DNA of 64,000 bases from an uncultured Nitrospiraceae bacterium (GTDB taxonomy: Bacteria; Nitrospirota; Thermodesulfovibrionia; Thermodesulfovibrionales; UBA6898). A program made the position numbers and the translations under genes. The DNA lies in assembly GCA_963811165.1 (NCBI GenBank), contig CAWEQH010000001.1:288001-352000 (forward strand), given 5' to 3'. A model generated the notes under the pieces. That model was not told the DNA's origin. It searched no databases and was given only the letters and a program-made list of their open reading frames with translations. The stretch's first letter is position 1. Each line of letters begins with the position of its first letter. Positions 1 to 11,467 of this stretch are shown piece after piece.

Positions 1-1
1 G

Positions 2-1105
2 CAGGACATAAAAGTGCAGGGGCTATACTCAAGGGCGGTCAACGCCATCCTCGCTCATAACGAGGATGCGGCACGGGAGGCCCTCGATGGTATCCTTTCC
101 GAAGAGCCTGATCATGTCGACGCCCTTCTCAGGCTGGGGGATGTATACGCATCCGAAGAAGATTATCAGAAGGCAAGTACTTACTATCAGAAGGCCAAGA
201 TGATCAATCCTGAAAACCTCGAAACGCTCTTTGCTATCGAGAGGGCACTCGAAAGTACAGGCAGATGGTCCGAGGCCCTGAAATATATCGAAGACATCCT
301 CGAAATAGATGACCAGAACCTCTCTGCCATGTACAAAAAACGTGATATCCTCGAAAAACAGGGCAGATGGGACGACCTTGTCTATCTTCAGAAGTCTATC
401 CTGAAGAATGAACATACGGAAAAGGACAAAAGGCGTGAACAGCAAAACCTTATCGGCTACAAATATGAATATGGCAGACACAGCCTCGAAACCAACCAGC
501 TCGAAAAGGCAAAAAAGGCGTTTAAGACGGTCCTCCGGATCGACAAGGACTTTGTCCCTGCTACTTTGGGGCTTGCGGAGGTGATGCTCAGAGAAGGAGA
601 AAGCGAAGAAGCGGTCAACCTCCTCGAAAAGTCGTATGAAAACAGTTCCTCAAAGATCGTCCTGGCAAGGCTTGAGGATTTGCTTATAAGCCTCGGGGAG
701 CCGGCGAGACTTATCACGATCTATAAAGAGGGCATGTCCAGGAAGCCGAACGACCCGGTGACAAAATTCTTTCTCGGAAAACTTTATTACCGGCTTGAGA
801 TGATCGACGACGCTTTCGAAACCCTTTTGGGGATGGATTCATTAGGGATTGCCTATCCCGAACTCCATCAGTTGCTCGGCAATATCTATTTAAGGAGAAA
901 CCTGCCTGAAAAGGCCGCAATCGAATACAGGAAGGTGATTGATGTCAGAAAGTCTTTGAGGCTTCCCTATTGCTGCAGTAACTGCGGATCGAGTTCGGAC
1001 GAATGGTCGGGCAGGTGCTTAAAGTGTAAACAATGGGGTACTTATCAATTTAATCTCGAAGGCGTCTGTTTGCCTGCGCAACCAGGTCTCGCTGTCAGCA
1101 GGTGA
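2..1105 (+). CDS. lapB: LapB/YciM-like TPR protein with C-terminal rubredoxin-type Cys4 domain (5' partial)
   Basis: Frame open from window start; multiple TPR-like helices; C-terminal YCCSNCG...WSGRCLKCKQW. Confidence 0.8.
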   Translation, partial: QDIKVQGLYSRAVNAILAHNEDAAREALDGILSEEPDHVDALLRLGDVYASEEDYQKASTYYQKAKMINPENLETLFAIERALESTGRWSEALKYIEDILEIDDQNLSAMYKKRDILEKQGRWDDLVYLQKSILKNEHTEKDKRREQQNLIGYKYEYGRHSLETNQLEKAKKAFKTVLRIDKDFVPATLGLAEVMLREGESEEAVNLLEKSYENSSSKIVLARLEDLLISLGEPARLITIYKEGMSRKPNDPVTKFFLGKLYYRLEMIDDAFETLLGMDSLGIAYPELHQLLGNIYLRRNLPEKAAIEYRKVIDVRKSLRLPYCCSNCGSSSDEWSGRCLKCKQWGTYQFNLEGVCLPAQPGLAVSR

Positions 1106-1863
1106 AGGCGCTGGAGCTTAGAAGACTTGTCTCTTTTCTCGATTCAGAACTTGCCCTTTCCGAATTCCCAAAAGATGAGAGCGCAAACGGCCTTCAGGTC
1201 GAAGGCGGAAAGAAGGTCGCTAAAGTGGGCATCGCGGTCGATGCATGCGAATATGTTTTTAAGGAGGCTGCCGCAAAGGGCATCGATTTTCTCTTCGTTC
1301 ATCATGGCCTTATCTGGGGAGGGATCCGATCGATCAAGGGGGCTTTGCGTAAGAGGATAAAGGCCCTTGTTGATGCCGACATCTCCCTCTATGCCTGCCA
1401 CCTCCCCCTTGATTGGCACCCGAAATACGGTAATAACGCAGAACTTCTGAGGATCCTTTCCCTTAAAAGGAAAGGCGAGTTCGGCGAATACCACGGGAAA
1501 AGTATAGGCTACTGGGGGACTGCGCAAAAGTCCGTCCGGCTTCAGGATTTTGTCGCTCTTGTTGATGCGAGACTAAGGACAAAATCATCCTTTGTCGATT
1601 TTGGCAGCAAGGTGCGGAATGTCGGAGTCGTATCGGGCGGAGGCTGGTTGGCGATCAACGACGCCGAGGAATTGGGCATAGATACTTTTCTTACCGGAGA
1701 GCCTTCTCATTCTGCGTATACACTTGCTGAGGAGATGAAGGTGAACCTTGTTTTTTCCGGCCATTATGCGACAGAGACCCTTGGGGTAAAGGCCGTCGCT
1801 GCGATGCTGAAGAAAAAATTCGGGATCCCAGTGGAGTTTATCGATCATCCTACTGGGCTGTGA
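1102..1863 (+). CDS. Nif3-like dinuclear metal center protein (YbgI family)
   Basis: NGLQVEG, FVHHGLIW, HLPLDWHP..GNN, SGHYATE motifs. Confidence 0.92.
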   Translation: MKALELRRLVSFLDSELALSEFPKDESANGLQVEGGKKVAKVGIAVDACEYVFKEAAAKGIDFLFVHHGLIWGGIRSIKGALRKRIKALVDADISLYACHLPLDWHPKYGNNAELLRILSLKRKGEFGEYHGKSIGYWGTAQKSVRLQDFVALVDARLRTKSSFVDFGSKVRNVGVVSGGGWLAINDAEELGIDTFLTGEPSHSAYTLAEEMKVNLVFSGHYATETLGVKAVAAMLKKKFGIPVEFIDHPTGL

Positions 1864-1864
1864 A

Positions 1865-2680
1865 CTATCTGTCGACGATACCCCTAAAGACCTCTTTTAC
1901 TATCTTCAGAATTTCCGGCTGAACACCCTTATTACCGGCGACAATATTTCCTGTTGAAAGATAATCCGTCCCTCCGCCGAAATCGGTAATGATTCCCCCG
2001 GCCTCCCTGATAAGCAGACCTCCTGCTGCGATGTCCCAGGGGCTGAGGGCAAGTTCAAAAAACCCCTCGAACCGTCCGGCAGCGATATATGCCAGGTCTA
2101 TCGCCGCCGAGCCGGCACGGCGTATATCGCTTACTTCGCGGAAGATTTCCCTGAATGCCCGGAGGTAATGGTCGATCATCTCCTTCGCCCGGAAAGGAAA
2201 GCCGGTAGCTATCAGACTCCTTTCGAGGGCATCTACACCTGACACGGAAATCTTCTTGTTATTCAAAAAGGAGCCGCCGCCTTTTACCGCATGAAAGAGT
2301 TCGTCCCTCAGGGGGTCAAAGACGATGCCTAAAACGACCTCACTCATGTATTCAAGTGCAATCGATACCGAAAACATGGGGTAGCTGTGAATGTAATTCG
2401 TCGTGCCGTCAAGCGGGTCAATGATCCACCGGTAATCTCCCGTGTCTTCCTGTTTGAGCGTCTCCTCGGTCAGAAAACGGTGCGAGGGAAACTTTTTACG
2501 GATCGTCTGCATTATCACCGCTTCGGACCACCTGTCCACCTTCGTTACGAAATCGAAGGCCTGCTTTGTTTGGACGTCTTCCCTGGATAGATGCCCGAGG
2601 TTTTTGATAATGATCTCGCCGGCAATCCTTGCCGAAGAGACCGCGGTCTTCAGAAACCCCTGCATAAGATCCGGGCTCAT
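1865..2680 (-). CDS. suhB: Inositol monophosphatase family protein
   Basis: WIIDPLDGTTNY, RRAGSAAIDL, PWDIAAG motifs. Confidence 0.9.
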   Translation of the reverse strand: MSPDLMQGFLKTAVSSARIAGEIIIKNLGHLSREDVQTKQAFDFVTKVDRWSEAVIMQTIRKKFPSHRFLTEETLKQEDTGDYRWIIDPLDGTTNYIHSYPMFSVSIALEYMSEVVLGIVFDPLRDELFHAVKGGGSFLNNKKISVSGVDALERSLIATGFPFRAKEMIDHYLRAFREIFREVSDIRRAGSAAIDLAYIAAGRFEGFFELALSPWDIAAGGLLIREAGGIITDFGGGTDYLSTGNIVAGNKGVQPEILKIVKEVFRGIVDR

Positions 2681-3501
2681 GGATTGGTATATCCTTGCTT
2701 TGCCCTTCTCTGTCTTGCCGCTTCATAGAGGCATATAGCCGCTGAAATCGCGACGTTCATGCTTTCCGCCCTCCCGTAAATCGGTATCTTCAGAGTAATG
2801 TCCGCAGCTTCCTTGATAGTATCACTTATGCCGCGGGCTTCGTTTCCGAACACAAGCGCCATCGGTCCGTCAAGTTTCGACTCAAACACGGAATTGTTCG
2901 CATCTGCTGAAGTTGCCGCAAGCGGTATTCCTCTTCTTCGAAGCCACTTCACGAAAGTCTCTGCGCGTGCATGTGAGATGGGAAGATGAAAAATGCTCCC
3001 GGCCGTCGCCCGTATCACCTTCGGGATAAAAACGTCGCATGTCCCTTCGAGAAGTATCACCGCGTCGGCGCCGGCAGCGTCTGCGGTCCTGATGATCGTC
3101 CCCAGGTTGCCGGGTTCCCCGATCCCATCACCGACCGCATAGAGAGGGTTTACCCGCGCAGGTAAACCGTCAAGCGGGGATGTCTCATAGGATATTACCG
3201 CGGCAATGCCTTGGGGCGTTTCCGTGTCGGTTATCTTCTTGAGAAGGTGCTCGGTGATCGAAAAGATATGCGCGCCCTTTGCCCTGAGGGTTTTCAAGAG
3301 CTTGCCGCCCTCTCTCTGGGAGCCGAAGCGGTCTGTGAAGAAAACCTCCCGGATGTCAACTCCGGCTTCCAGTGCCGTTTCGATAATACGCAGGCCCTCG
3401 ATGACAAAGAGGTCCTCTCCCGTTATATGATTCCTCTCCCGTAGCCGCACCGCTTCCTTGATTCGGGTGTTGGCCGCGCTCGTAATTCTCAGAAATTCCA
3501 T
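2677..3501 (-). CDS. TrmH/SpoU family RNA methyltransferase
   Basis: PGNLGTIIRTADAAG, VFGNEARG, IPIYGRAESMNVA SPOUT motifs. Confidence 0.92.
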   Translation of the reverse strand: MEFLRITSAANTRIKEAVRLRERNHITGEDLFVIEGLRIIETALEAGVDIREVFFTDRFGSQREGGKLLKTLRAKGAHIFSITEHLLKKITDTETPQGIAAVISYETSPLDGLPARVNPLYAVGDGIGEPGNLGTIIRTADAAGADAVILLEGTCDVFIPKVIRATAGSIFHLPISHARAETFVKWLRRRGIPLAATSADANNSVFESKLDGPMALVFGNEARGISDTIKEAADITLKIPIYGRAESMNVAISAAICLYEAARQRRAKQGYTNP

Positions 3502-3618
3502 GACAGTCTTAACTTTAACAGAAAAGGGGCTTCGTTTCTACAGAGGCGGCAAGACGGCGTAAAATTGACTAATAGGTGGCTATTATTTTACATTATCTAA
3601 ATACGCAAGGAGGAACAT

Positions 3619-4911
3619 TTGAGCACTGTAATTGAAGATATAAGCACAACGCGGAAACGGCTGAAAATCGAGATCCCGACCGATATTATAGAAAAGGAAT
3701 ATTCCGAATCGCTCGACAAGGTCAGGCAGAGGTCCCGTATCCCGGGCTTCAGGCCCGGCAAGGCCCCGATCACTCTCATAGAAAAAAAATTCGGCAATGA
3801 CGTAAAGACCGACATTATAGACAGGCTGATTCCCCAATATTATTCAAAGGCGATGAAGGAAGCCGAACTCGTGCCTGTGACCCTCCCCCAGTTCGAGGGC
3901 ACGCTTGACTTCAAACGCCACGAACCCCTTGCCTTCGCGCTTGTCGTCGAAGTAAGGCCGCAGGTCGGCGAGCTGAAATATGCCGGAATGAAGATCGAAG
4001 ATGTTCCCTGCGATGTGGAGGAAAAGGAGATAGACGATACGATCAAGGGACTTCAGGAAGGAAGGGCGATGTTCGAGGCGGTCGACAGGGAGATCAGGGA
4101 AGACGACCTCATCATAATTGACTATGTCAAACTTGATGCAACCGGAGAAAAAGAACTCTCATCCGCTAAGGACCAGGTCATGAACCTCGGGAACAACCTG
4201 ACGCCAAAAGGGATCCTTGACGAATTGCTCGGAAGAAAAAAGGGAGATATGGTCGAGATCGTCCTTCCGGCCGTCGAAGGCGGTGAGGTCAATGAAGGCA
4301 CTAAGGGGAACCGTCTCAAGATAACGGTGAAAGAAGTAAAAGAGAAGAAGGTTCCGCTGATAGACGATGAGCTCGCGAAGGATTTCGGCCACGAATCCCT
4401 CGACTCCCTTAGGCAGAAGGCCAGGGAAGGGATTCTCAAGGCCAAAAAAGACAAGGCCGCAGGTGAGCAAAAGGCAAAACTTCTCGAAACGCTGGTTGAG
4501 GCTTATGAATTCGATATCCCCGAGTCTATGCTCGAACATGAACTCCAGACCCTCGTGGTAAATGAAAAACACAGGAGACAGCCACAAGGACAGGCGCAGA
4601 GTACGGCCGCTGAGATTTCATCGGCAGATGACGAAAAGCTGGTCGAGGAGCTCAGACCCAAGGCTATCCATAACGTGAAAGCGACGATACTTCTCGATAT
4701 GATCGCTGAAAAAGAGGGGGTATCCGTCACCGAGGAGGAACTGAAGACCCGGATATCGCTGCTCGCGCGGCATCTGCAGACAACACCGGAGGCGGTGATC
4801 AATCTTTTTATGACAAAGGACGAGTCTCTGGAAGGCCTGAAGCATTCGATCAGGGACGAGAAGGTGCTGGACCTTATATTGGCGAAAGCGGAAATTACAA
4901 AAGGAGCATAA
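3619..4911 (+). CDS. tig: Trigger factor
   Basis: IPGFRPGKAP ribosome-binding signature; TTG start after AGGAGG; tig-clpP-clpX order. Confidence 0.96.
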   Translation: MSTVIEDISTTRKRLKIEIPTDIIEKEYSESLDKVRQRSRIPGFRPGKAPITLIEKKFGNDVKTDIIDRLIPQYYSKAMKEAELVPVTLPQFEGTLDFKRHEPLAFALVVEVRPQVGELKYAGMKIEDVPCDVEEKEIDDTIKGLQEGRAMFEAVDREIREDDLIIIDYVKLDATGEKELSSAKDQVMNLGNNLTPKGILDELLGRKKGDMVEIVLPAVEGGEVNEGTKGNRLKITVKEVKEKKVPLIDDELAKDFGHESLDSLRQKAREGILKAKKDKAAGEQKAKLLETLVEAYEFDIPESMLEHELQTLVVNEKHRRQPQGQAQSTAAEISSADDEKLVEELRPKAIHNVKATILLDMIAEKEGVSVTEEELKTRISLLARHLQTTPEAVINLFMTKDESLEGLKHSIRDEKVLDLILAKAEITKGA

Positions 4912-4917
4912 TAAATT

Positions 4918-5514
4918 ATGAGCGTAATACCTATAGTCATTGAACAGACCGGCAGGTCCGAAAGGGCCTATGACATATATTCAAGGCTGCTAAAGGACAG
5001 GATCATTTTCCTCGGCAGCGCCATCGACGATAGTGTCGCAAATACGGTCATCGCGCAGATACTTTTTCTCCAGACCGAGGACCCGGACAAGGACATACAT
5101 ATCTATGTGAACTCTCCGGGCGGGATAGTATCTTCGGGGCTTGCCATTTACGACACCATGCAGTATGTAAAGCCCGATATCGCCACGTATTGTGTGGGGC
5201 AGGCTGCAAGCATGGGTGCCCTTCTTCTTGGGGCGGGAACGACGGGAAAGAGGTACGCGCTCCCTAATTCGAGGATAATGCTGCACCAGCCGATGGGCGG
5301 GTTCCAGGGACAGGCGACCGACATCGAGATCCATGCGAGAGAGATATTGAGGATGAAAGACTCCCTCAACAATATCCTTTCCTTTCATACAGGACAGCCG
5401 TTTGAAAAAATACGGACCGATACCGACAGGGACTTTTTCATGTCTGGGGCAGAGGCGAAGGAGTACGGGATCGTCGATGAAGTCATCTTTACTATGAAGA
5501 AGAAAAAAGGATAA
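4918..5514 (+). CDS. clpP: ATP-dependent Clp protease proteolytic subunit
   Basis: [31 protein letters not shown]. Confidence 0.98.
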   Translation: MSVIPIVIEQTGRSERAYDIYSRLLKDRIIFLGSAIDDSVANTVIAQILFLQTEDPDKDIHIYVNSPGGIVSSGLAIYDTMQYVKPDIATYCVGQAASMGALLLGAGTTGKRYALPNSRIMLHQPMGGFQGQATDIEIHAREILRMKDSLNNILSFHTGQPFEKIRTDTDRDFFMSGAEAKEYGIVDEVIFTMKKKKG

Positions 5515-5549
5515 GCCAGGCATGACAGCGGTTTCAGGGGAGGATTAGA

Positions 5550-6791
5550 ATGGCGAAGAAAGACGAAGAAGCGCTTAAATGTTCATTTTGCGGCAAGGGG
5601 CAGGAGGAGGTCAAGAAACTCATCGCCGGCCCGACCGTATATATCTGCAATGAGTGTATTGAGCTCTGCAACGAGATAATCGCGGATGAACTGTATGTGG
5701 AAGCGGGGGGAGAGGCGCTGCCGAAGTTACCCACCCCGAAGGAGATCCACCATGTCTTGAACGATTTTGTGGTGGGACAGGAAAGGGCCAAAAAAATCCT
5801 TTCCGTTGCCGTCCATAACCATTACAAGAGGATTTACACCCCGGCCGAATCCGACGTGGAACTTCAAAAGAGCAACATCCTGCTGATCGGGCCGACGGGC
5901 ACCGGAAAGACCCTGCTGGCGCAGACCCTGGCAAAGATACTGGACGTGCCTTTTACCATAGCGGACGCGACGACTCTTACCGAGGCCGGATATGTCGGAG
6001 AGGATGTGGAGAATATCATACTTAAACTCCTTCAGTCGGCCGACTATGATGTGGAGAGGGCCCAGAGGGGGATTGTATATATAGACGAGATAGACAAGAT
6101 TAGCAGAAAATCCGATAATCCTTCCATCACGCGGGACGTCTCCGGCGAAGGCGTGCAACAGGCACTTTTGAAAATAATCGAGGGCACGATTGCCAATATC
6201 CCGCCGCAGGGCGGGCGCAAGCACCCTCAGCAGGATTTCATTCAGGTGGACACGACGAACATTCTCTTTGTCTGCGGGGGGGCTTTTATAGGACTCGATG
6301 GGATAATAGAACAAAGGACAGGCAAGAAGACCGTTGGGTTCGGGACGAACCTGCTGAGCAAGAGCGAAAAGAAAATAGGAGAAATACTTAGTTCAACGGA
6401 GCCGGGGGACCTCATCAAATACGGTCTGATTCCCGAATTTGTGGGCAGGCTTCCGGTGGTTACGACCCTCGAAGAACTCGACGAGGCCGCCCTGGTAAGA
6501 ATACTTTCCGAGCCGAAGAACGCCCTGGTCAAGCAGTACCAAAAGCTTTTGTCATTCGATAACGTCAGGCTGAAATTTACAGACGGCGCCTTGGCCGCAA
6601 TCGCAAAAAAGGCGGTGCTTCGCAAATCAGGAGCGAGGGGGTTAAGGGCCATTCTCGAAGAAATAATGCTTGATGTAATGTATGAAATCCCGTCGCAAAA
6701 GAGCGTAAGGGAATGCCTTGTGACGGAAGAGACCATAATAAAGAAGGACAAGCCGATACTTATCTATGAAAAGCAGGCTGAATCCGCGTAA
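5550..6791 (+). CDS. clpX: ATP-dependent Clp protease ATP-binding subunit
   Basis: CSFCGK...ICNEC zinc domain, [24 protein letters not shown]. Confidence 0.98.
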   Translation: MAKKDEEALKCSFCGKGQEEVKKLIAGPTVYICNECIELCNEIIADELYVEAGGEALPKLPTPKEIHHVLNDFVVGQERAKKILSVAVHNHYKRIYTPAESDVELQKSNILLIGPTGTGKTLLAQTLAKILDVPFTIADATTLTEAGYVGEDVENIILKLLQSADYDVERAQRGIVYIDEIDKISRKSDNPSITRDVSGEGVQQALLKIIEGTIANIPPQGGRKHPQQDFIQVDTTNILFVCGGAFIGLDGIIEQRTGKKTVGFGTNLLSKSEKKIGEILSSTEPGDLIKYGLIPEFVGRLPVVTTLEELDEAALVRILSEPKNALVKQYQKLLSFDNVRLKFTDGALAAIAKKAVLRKSGARGLRAILEEIMLDVMYEIPSQKSVRECLVTEETIIKKDKPILIYEKQAESA

Positions 6792-6842
6792 AGGATCGGC
6801 AAGGAAATAAAATTTAGTGAAGCGGCTTAAGTCCGCTCCTCT

Positions 6843-7274
6843 CTATTTTATTGTTCTCAGGGATTTTTCAGCGGCACGGCGCACCGCGTTTCTGAGTTCG
6901 GTGTCGTCAATAGCGTCAACGAGCCCATCGATAAAACGTGTATCTTCTGATGATAACTCGGGCAGCTTTGGGCTGTTGTCTTCAGGGGGCCTTAAAGGGG
7001 AGACCTTCCCGATCCTGAACCGTATTTCACGCACGCCGTGCCCGCTCAGTTTCGCCGTTATCTCCTTCTTAAGAAAATTGAGCTGCTGAATCCACACAGG
7101 GGAATCGACGTTCAGAAGAAGTACGCCTTCAGTCAATTTCGAGGGAGACATATGGAGTGAGAGAGGCTTATTAAAAAGGGTGTGCCATTCGTTCTTGATA
7201 CGTGAAAGGCGGACGCCGGACTCGATGCCGAGACTCTTTACTACCGGTCCGAGCAGGGAGCCCGCCTTTTCCAT
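6843..7274 (-). CDS. DUF721/DciA-family protein
   Basis: W...LHMSP..L..GVLLLNVDSPVWIQQLNF pattern; ATG at 7274 overlaps the rpmB stop (TAATG), preferred over the ORF-track start 7310. Confidence 0.75.
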   Translation of the reverse strand: MEKAGSLLGPVVKSLGIESGVRLSRIKNEWHTLFNKPLSLHMSPSKLTEGVLLLNVDSPVWIQQLNFLKKEITAKLSGHGVREIRFRIGKVSPLRPPEDNSPKLPELSSEDTRFIDGLVDAIDDTELRNAVRRAAEKSLRTIK

Positions 7275-7462
7275 TATACGACCTTTTTCACGACACCGGA
7301 GCGCAGACATCTTGTGCAGACGTACGCCCTTTTTACTCCCTTCGAAGTAGCTATGCGGGTACTCTGCAGATTGGGCATGATTCGCCTTTTGGTCTTGTTG
7401 TTGGCGTGACTGACATTATTCCCGACTGACTTTTTCTTTCCACATGCAACACAGCTTGCCAC
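7274..7462 (-). CDS. rpmB: 50S ribosomal protein L28 (zinc-ribbon form)
   Basis: [26 protein letters not shown]...[11 protein letters not shown] start after AGGAGG. Confidence 0.97.
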   Translation of the reverse strand: MASCVACGKKKSVGNNVSHANNKTKRRIMPNLQSTRIATSKGVKRAYVCTRCLRSGVVKKVV

Positions 7463-7587
7463 TTGTATATCCTCCTTTCAGAATTGCAATAATTGAGTCT
7501 TTTATGATACCATTTTAAGATTAATGATACAAGGCCGGACGTATCTGGTGTATTGTTAAAAAAAAGCTCTCAAGTAAGGCCGGAATA

Positions 7588-10023
7588 ATGTCTAAAGTAA
7601 GAATATACGAATTAGCGAAAAAGTTAAAAAAACACAATAAAGAAATCCTTGACGAGCTTTTGAATCTCGGCATAGAGGGCAAGACCCACTCATCGAGCAT
7701 AGAGGCCGACGTTGCGGAAAAAATAACTCAGGCCCTCACGGCTCCCATTCCCTCCAAGGCGGAGAAACCGCTTCAAAAAGTTCAAGTGAAGCAGCCTCAG
7801 GAGCCGATGCCTGAGACGCCGAAGCATCCTGTGAAGCCTCAACCGCAGAAGGAGGCGGCGGTCAAGGTCCCCGAAAGAAAGGCTGTTTCCGAGACCGCTA
7901 GGCCCCATCCTGTGTCTGCTAAAAAAAGACCGGACGAACTACGGGAGCCCGTGCAGAAAGAGCCGAAAAAGCCCGTTGCCGAACCCGAGGGAAAAGAGCC
8001 TTCTGTCCCTGAAGAAACGGCAGCCATCCCTCCTCTTCCGACTGGCGAGACAGAGGAAGACATAAAATTACCCGACAAGTTCAAGAAAGAAATGGAGGCC
8101 GAAAAGATAGAGAAGTTCAAGGCCAAGCCGGGTCTCCAGAGAGCCTTTCAAGCCATAAGGAAGATAGAGCCCAAGAGATGGGATATAAAGGGCGGTAAGC
8201 ATAAGGGCGATAGAGGGAGATATGGTCAGAGACAGGAGACCAAGGGACAGATTCTCTCCACGATGCCGAGGAAAAAGAACCTCAAACTCAGGGAAGGTAC
8301 AACGGTAAAAGAGTTTTCCGAGCTTATAGGGCTGAAATTTTCCGACGTCATCAAGAAGTTCATGGAACTCGGCTACATGCCTACAATCAACCAGCCCGTA
8401 GACTCCGATGCCGCGCTCCTTGTGGCGGAGAGCTTCGGGATCAAGCTGGAGCTCGCGTCGGTTGAGGAAGATACCCATGTAGAGGAAATTCAGGAGGACG
8501 TTACAAAGCTTATACTGCGTGCCCCCGTGGTGACCATTATGGGACATGTCGACCACGGCAAGACGTCACTGCTGGATGCGATCAGGGAAACGAAGGTTAC
8601 CGAGACCGAGGCCGGAGGGATAACCCAGCATATCGGCGCTTATAAAATCAATCTTAAGGGAAAGGACATTGTTTTCCTCGACACACCCGGACATGAGGCG
8701 TTCACGTCAATGAGAGCCAGGGGAGCCAAGGTTACGGACATAGTCGTCCTTGTAGTCGCTGCCGACGACGGAGTGATGCCGCAGACCGTAGAGGCAATAA
8801 ACCACGCAAAAGCTGCCAATGTACCTATCGTAGTGGCGGTGAACAAGATAGACAAGCCGGAGGCGAATCCCGCAAAAGTCAAGAGCGAGCTTTCCGAACA
8901 CGGCATTATCTCGGAGGAGTGGGGGGGGCATAACATCTTCGTGGAGGTCTCGGCAAAGAAGCGGATAGGGATTGAACATTTGCTCGAAATGATACTCCTT
9001 CAGGCCGAGATTATGGAACTCAAGGCAAATCCCGACAGGGAGGCAAAAGGCACGGTCATCGAGGCCAAGCTCGATAAGGGCAGAGGCCCCGTCGCTACTC
9101 TTCTTGTGCAGACGGGGACACTGAGAGGGGGAGAGGCGCTGCTGTCGGGAGTGCATGTCGGAAAGGTGAGGGCATTAATTGATGACTCCGGCAAGAGGAT
9201 CCAGGCCGCCGGGCCGTCGACGCCTGTTGAAGTGATAGGGTTTTCCGAAGTACCTTCCGCCGGAGATGTGTTTACCGTAGTGGAAGATGAAAAAAGGGCC
9301 CGCCAGATAGCGTTGGCAAGGTTCCAGAAGCAGAGGTCCCTCGAGATCGCAAAGGCAAAAAAATTGACACTCGACGAGCTCTACACAAAGATCAAAGAGG
9401 GCCAGATAAAGGAACTGAACATCATCATAAAAGGGGATGTTCAGGGGTCTGTTGAGGCACTCAAAGATGCCCTTGAAAATATCCATCATCCGGAAGTGAA
9501 AGTGAAGGTCATTCATACCTCGGTGGGCGGCATCAACGAGTCAGACGTAATGCTCGCTACCGCCTCAAACGCCATCATTATAGGCTTCAGCGTACGGCCT
9601 GAAACAAAGGCGTCGCAGACTGCCGAGAAAGAAGGGGTTGACATAAGGCTTTACAACGTGATTTACGAAGCGATTGAAGACGTTAAGAAGGCACTCGAAG
9701 GCATGCTTGAGCCCACGCTCAAAGAGAAGGTGCTTGGCCGGGCGGAAGTCAGGCAGCTATTCCCTGTATCGAGATTGGGAACGATCGCAGGCTGTTATGT
9801 CGTCGATGGATATATGTCGCGTGCGTGTGACGGTATCAGGGTGTTGAGGGACAATATAGTCGTATATGAGGGGAAGCTCAACACGCTCAAGAGATTTAAA
9901 GATGACGTAAAAGAGGTGCAATCCGGCTATGAATGCGGAATCCTCATAGAGAATTTCAACGATCTGAAAGTCGGGGACATCCTCGAAAATTATATCATCG
10001 AGAAAATAGCCGCGAAATTATAG
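7588..10023 (+). CDS. infB: Translation initiation factor IF-2
   Basis: [10 protein letters not shown]-terminus, [21 protein letters not shown]. Confidence 0.98.
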   Translation: MSKVRIYELAKKLKKHNKEILDELLNLGIEGKTHSSSIEADVAEKITQALTAPIPSKAEKPLQKVQVKQPQEPMPETPKHPVKPQPQKEAAVKVPERKAVSETARPHPVSAKKRPDELREPVQKEPKKPVAEPEGKEPSVPEETAAIPPLPTGETEEDIKLPDKFKKEMEAEKIEKFKAKPGLQRAFQAIRKIEPKRWDIKGGKHKGDRGRYGQRQETKGQILSTMPRKKNLKLREGTTVKEFSELIGLKFSDVIKKFMELGYMPTINQPVDSDAALLVAESFGIKLELASVEEDTHVEEIQEDVTKLILRAPVVTIMGHVDHGKTSLLDAIRETKVTETEAGGITQHIGAYKINLKGKDIVFLDTPGHEAFTSMRARGAKVTDIVVLVVAADDGVMPQTVEAINHAKAANVPIVVAVNKIDKPEANPAKVKSELSEHGIISEEWGGHNIFVEVSAKKRIGIEHLLEMILLQAEIMELKANPDREAKGTVIEAKLDKGRGPVATLLVQTGTLRGGEALLSGVHVGKVRALIDDSGKRIQAAGPSTPVEVIGFSEVPSAGDVFTVVEDEKRARQIALARFQKQRSLEIAKAKKLTLDELYTKIKEGQIKELNIIIKGDVQGSVEALKDALENIHHPEVKVKVIHTSVGGINESDVMLATASNAIIIGFSVRPETKASQTAEKEGVDIRLYNVIYEAIEDVKKALEGMLEPTLKEKVLGRAEVRQLFPVSRLGTIAGCYVVDGYMSRACDGIRVLRDNIVVYEGKLNTLKRFKDDVKEVQSGYECGILIENFNDLKVGDILENYIIEKIAAKL

Positions 10024-10137
10024 CGGCGCTTTTCCCGAGTTCCTACCCCTTTTCTGAAGGGGGATCTTATTCCCTGGCTGCAAAGGAGAAAATGATTCTT
10101 ATTGACGTGTTCAGGGACCAAATAGCTAAGGTGATAT

Positions 10138-10494
10138 ATGCTTCCCTATAAGCGTTCGGACAGGGTCGGCGACCTCATCAGAGAAGAAGTCGCAGATATC
10201 ATAATGTATAAACTGAAAGATCCCCGGATCGGGTTTGTAACAGTTACGGGCGTTGATCTCAGCCCTGATCTGAAGTCGGCGAAGGTATATGTGAGCATCC
10301 TTAAAGAGGAAGAAAGGGAACAGACGCTCGAAATCCTTAATTCCTCTAAGTATTTTATCCGGTCCGCTCTGACAAAGAGACTCAAGATGAAATTCATCCC
10401 ACACATTGAATTCAGACAGGATACCTCGATAGAATATGGATTCAAAATAGACAAGTTGCTGAAGGAAATCAAGAAAGACGATGAAGATACCTAG
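10138..10494 (+). CDS. rbfA: Ribosome-binding factor A
   Basis: KDPRIGFVTVTGVDLSPDL..AKVYVS, F..D.SIEYG. Confidence 0.96.
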   Translation: MLPYKRSDRVGDLIREEVADIIMYKLKDPRIGFVTVTGVDLSPDLKSAKVYVSILKEEEREQTLEILNSSKYFIRSALTKRLKMKFIPHIEFRQDTSIEYGFKIDKLLKEIKKDDEDT

Positions 10495-11431
10495 GAATAT
10501 CCTTGCGGCGCTTCGAAGAGAAGATACTTTTTTAATCGCTGCCCATATCGATCCCGATGGTGATGCGATAGGCTCGGCCCTGGCTCTTTCGTCCGCACTT
10601 GAGTCCATGGGGAAAAAGACATTCGTTTTCAGCAGGGATCCTGTTCCCAAATATTACGGGTTCCTCGCGGGACATGATAAGTTCTCATCGCGGGGAAAGG
10701 AAGTCATGAAAGAGGACCCCGTGCTCGTACTCGTCGACTGTAACAGCCCGGCGAGGGCGGCTGTCGAGGGGTATCATTTCAGAAAATCAATTGTAATCGA
10801 CCATCACGAGACCGAAAAGGACTTCGGGGAAGTACGATGGATCGATCACACGTCTGCGGCCACGGGAGTCATGATATTTTACCTGCTTAAGGCGCTCCGC
10901 GTTGCAATCACAAAGGAAATTGCCGTGCATCTGTATACTGCCATTTCCGTTGACACGGGGACTTTCAGATATAGTAATACCACTGCGGACGTTCTTCGCA
11001 TAAGTGCCGAGCTTGTTAAAGCGGGGGCCGACCCAGGTTCCATCGCCATAAACCTTTATGAGTCGTGGCACAATAATAGATTCAGGCTTTTGGTTATGGC
11101 ACTTAATACGCTTGAGGTAAGGAACAGGGTCGCCGTGATCCATATCACGCGAAGCATGTTCAAGAAAACGCACACACGGTCGGAAGACACGGAACATTTC
11201 TCCAACTTCCCGCGGATGATCGGATCGATCAAGATGGCGGTTCTCCTGAGAGAACTTGGCAGTGGGGAATGGAAGGCCAGTCTGAGATCCAGAGGTGAGG
11301 TGAACGTGGCCCGGCTTGCCGAGAAATTTGGCGGCGGCGGGCATGAAAACGCAGCAGGCTTTAAAATAAAGGCCGACCTGAGAACCGTAAAAGAGACCCT
11401 ATTCGGGGCGGCCCAGCGTTCCTTGAAGTAA
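10481..11431 (+). CDS. nrnA: DHH/DHHA1 phosphoesterase (NrnA-like nanoRNase)
   Basis: HIDPDGDAIGS, IDHH, DTGTF, GGGGHENAAG. Confidence 0.88.
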   Translation: MKIPRNILAALRREDTFLIAAHIDPDGDAIGSALALSSALESMGKKTFVFSRDPVPKYYGFLAGHDKFSSRGKEVMKEDPVLVLVDCNSPARAAVEGYHFRKSIVIDHHETEKDFGEVRWIDHTSAATGVMIFYLLKALRVAITKEIAVHLYTAISVDTGTFRYSNTTADVLRISAELVKAGADPGSIAINLYESWHNNRFRLLVMALNTLEVRNRVAVIHITRSMFKKTHTRSEDTEHFSNFPRMIGSIKMAVLLRELGSGEWKASLRSRGEVNVARLAEKFGGGGHENAAGFKIKADLRTVKETLFGAAQRSLK

Positions 11432-11467
11432 GGGCCCGCCGGTCATTTATCACGTTGCAACAAAACT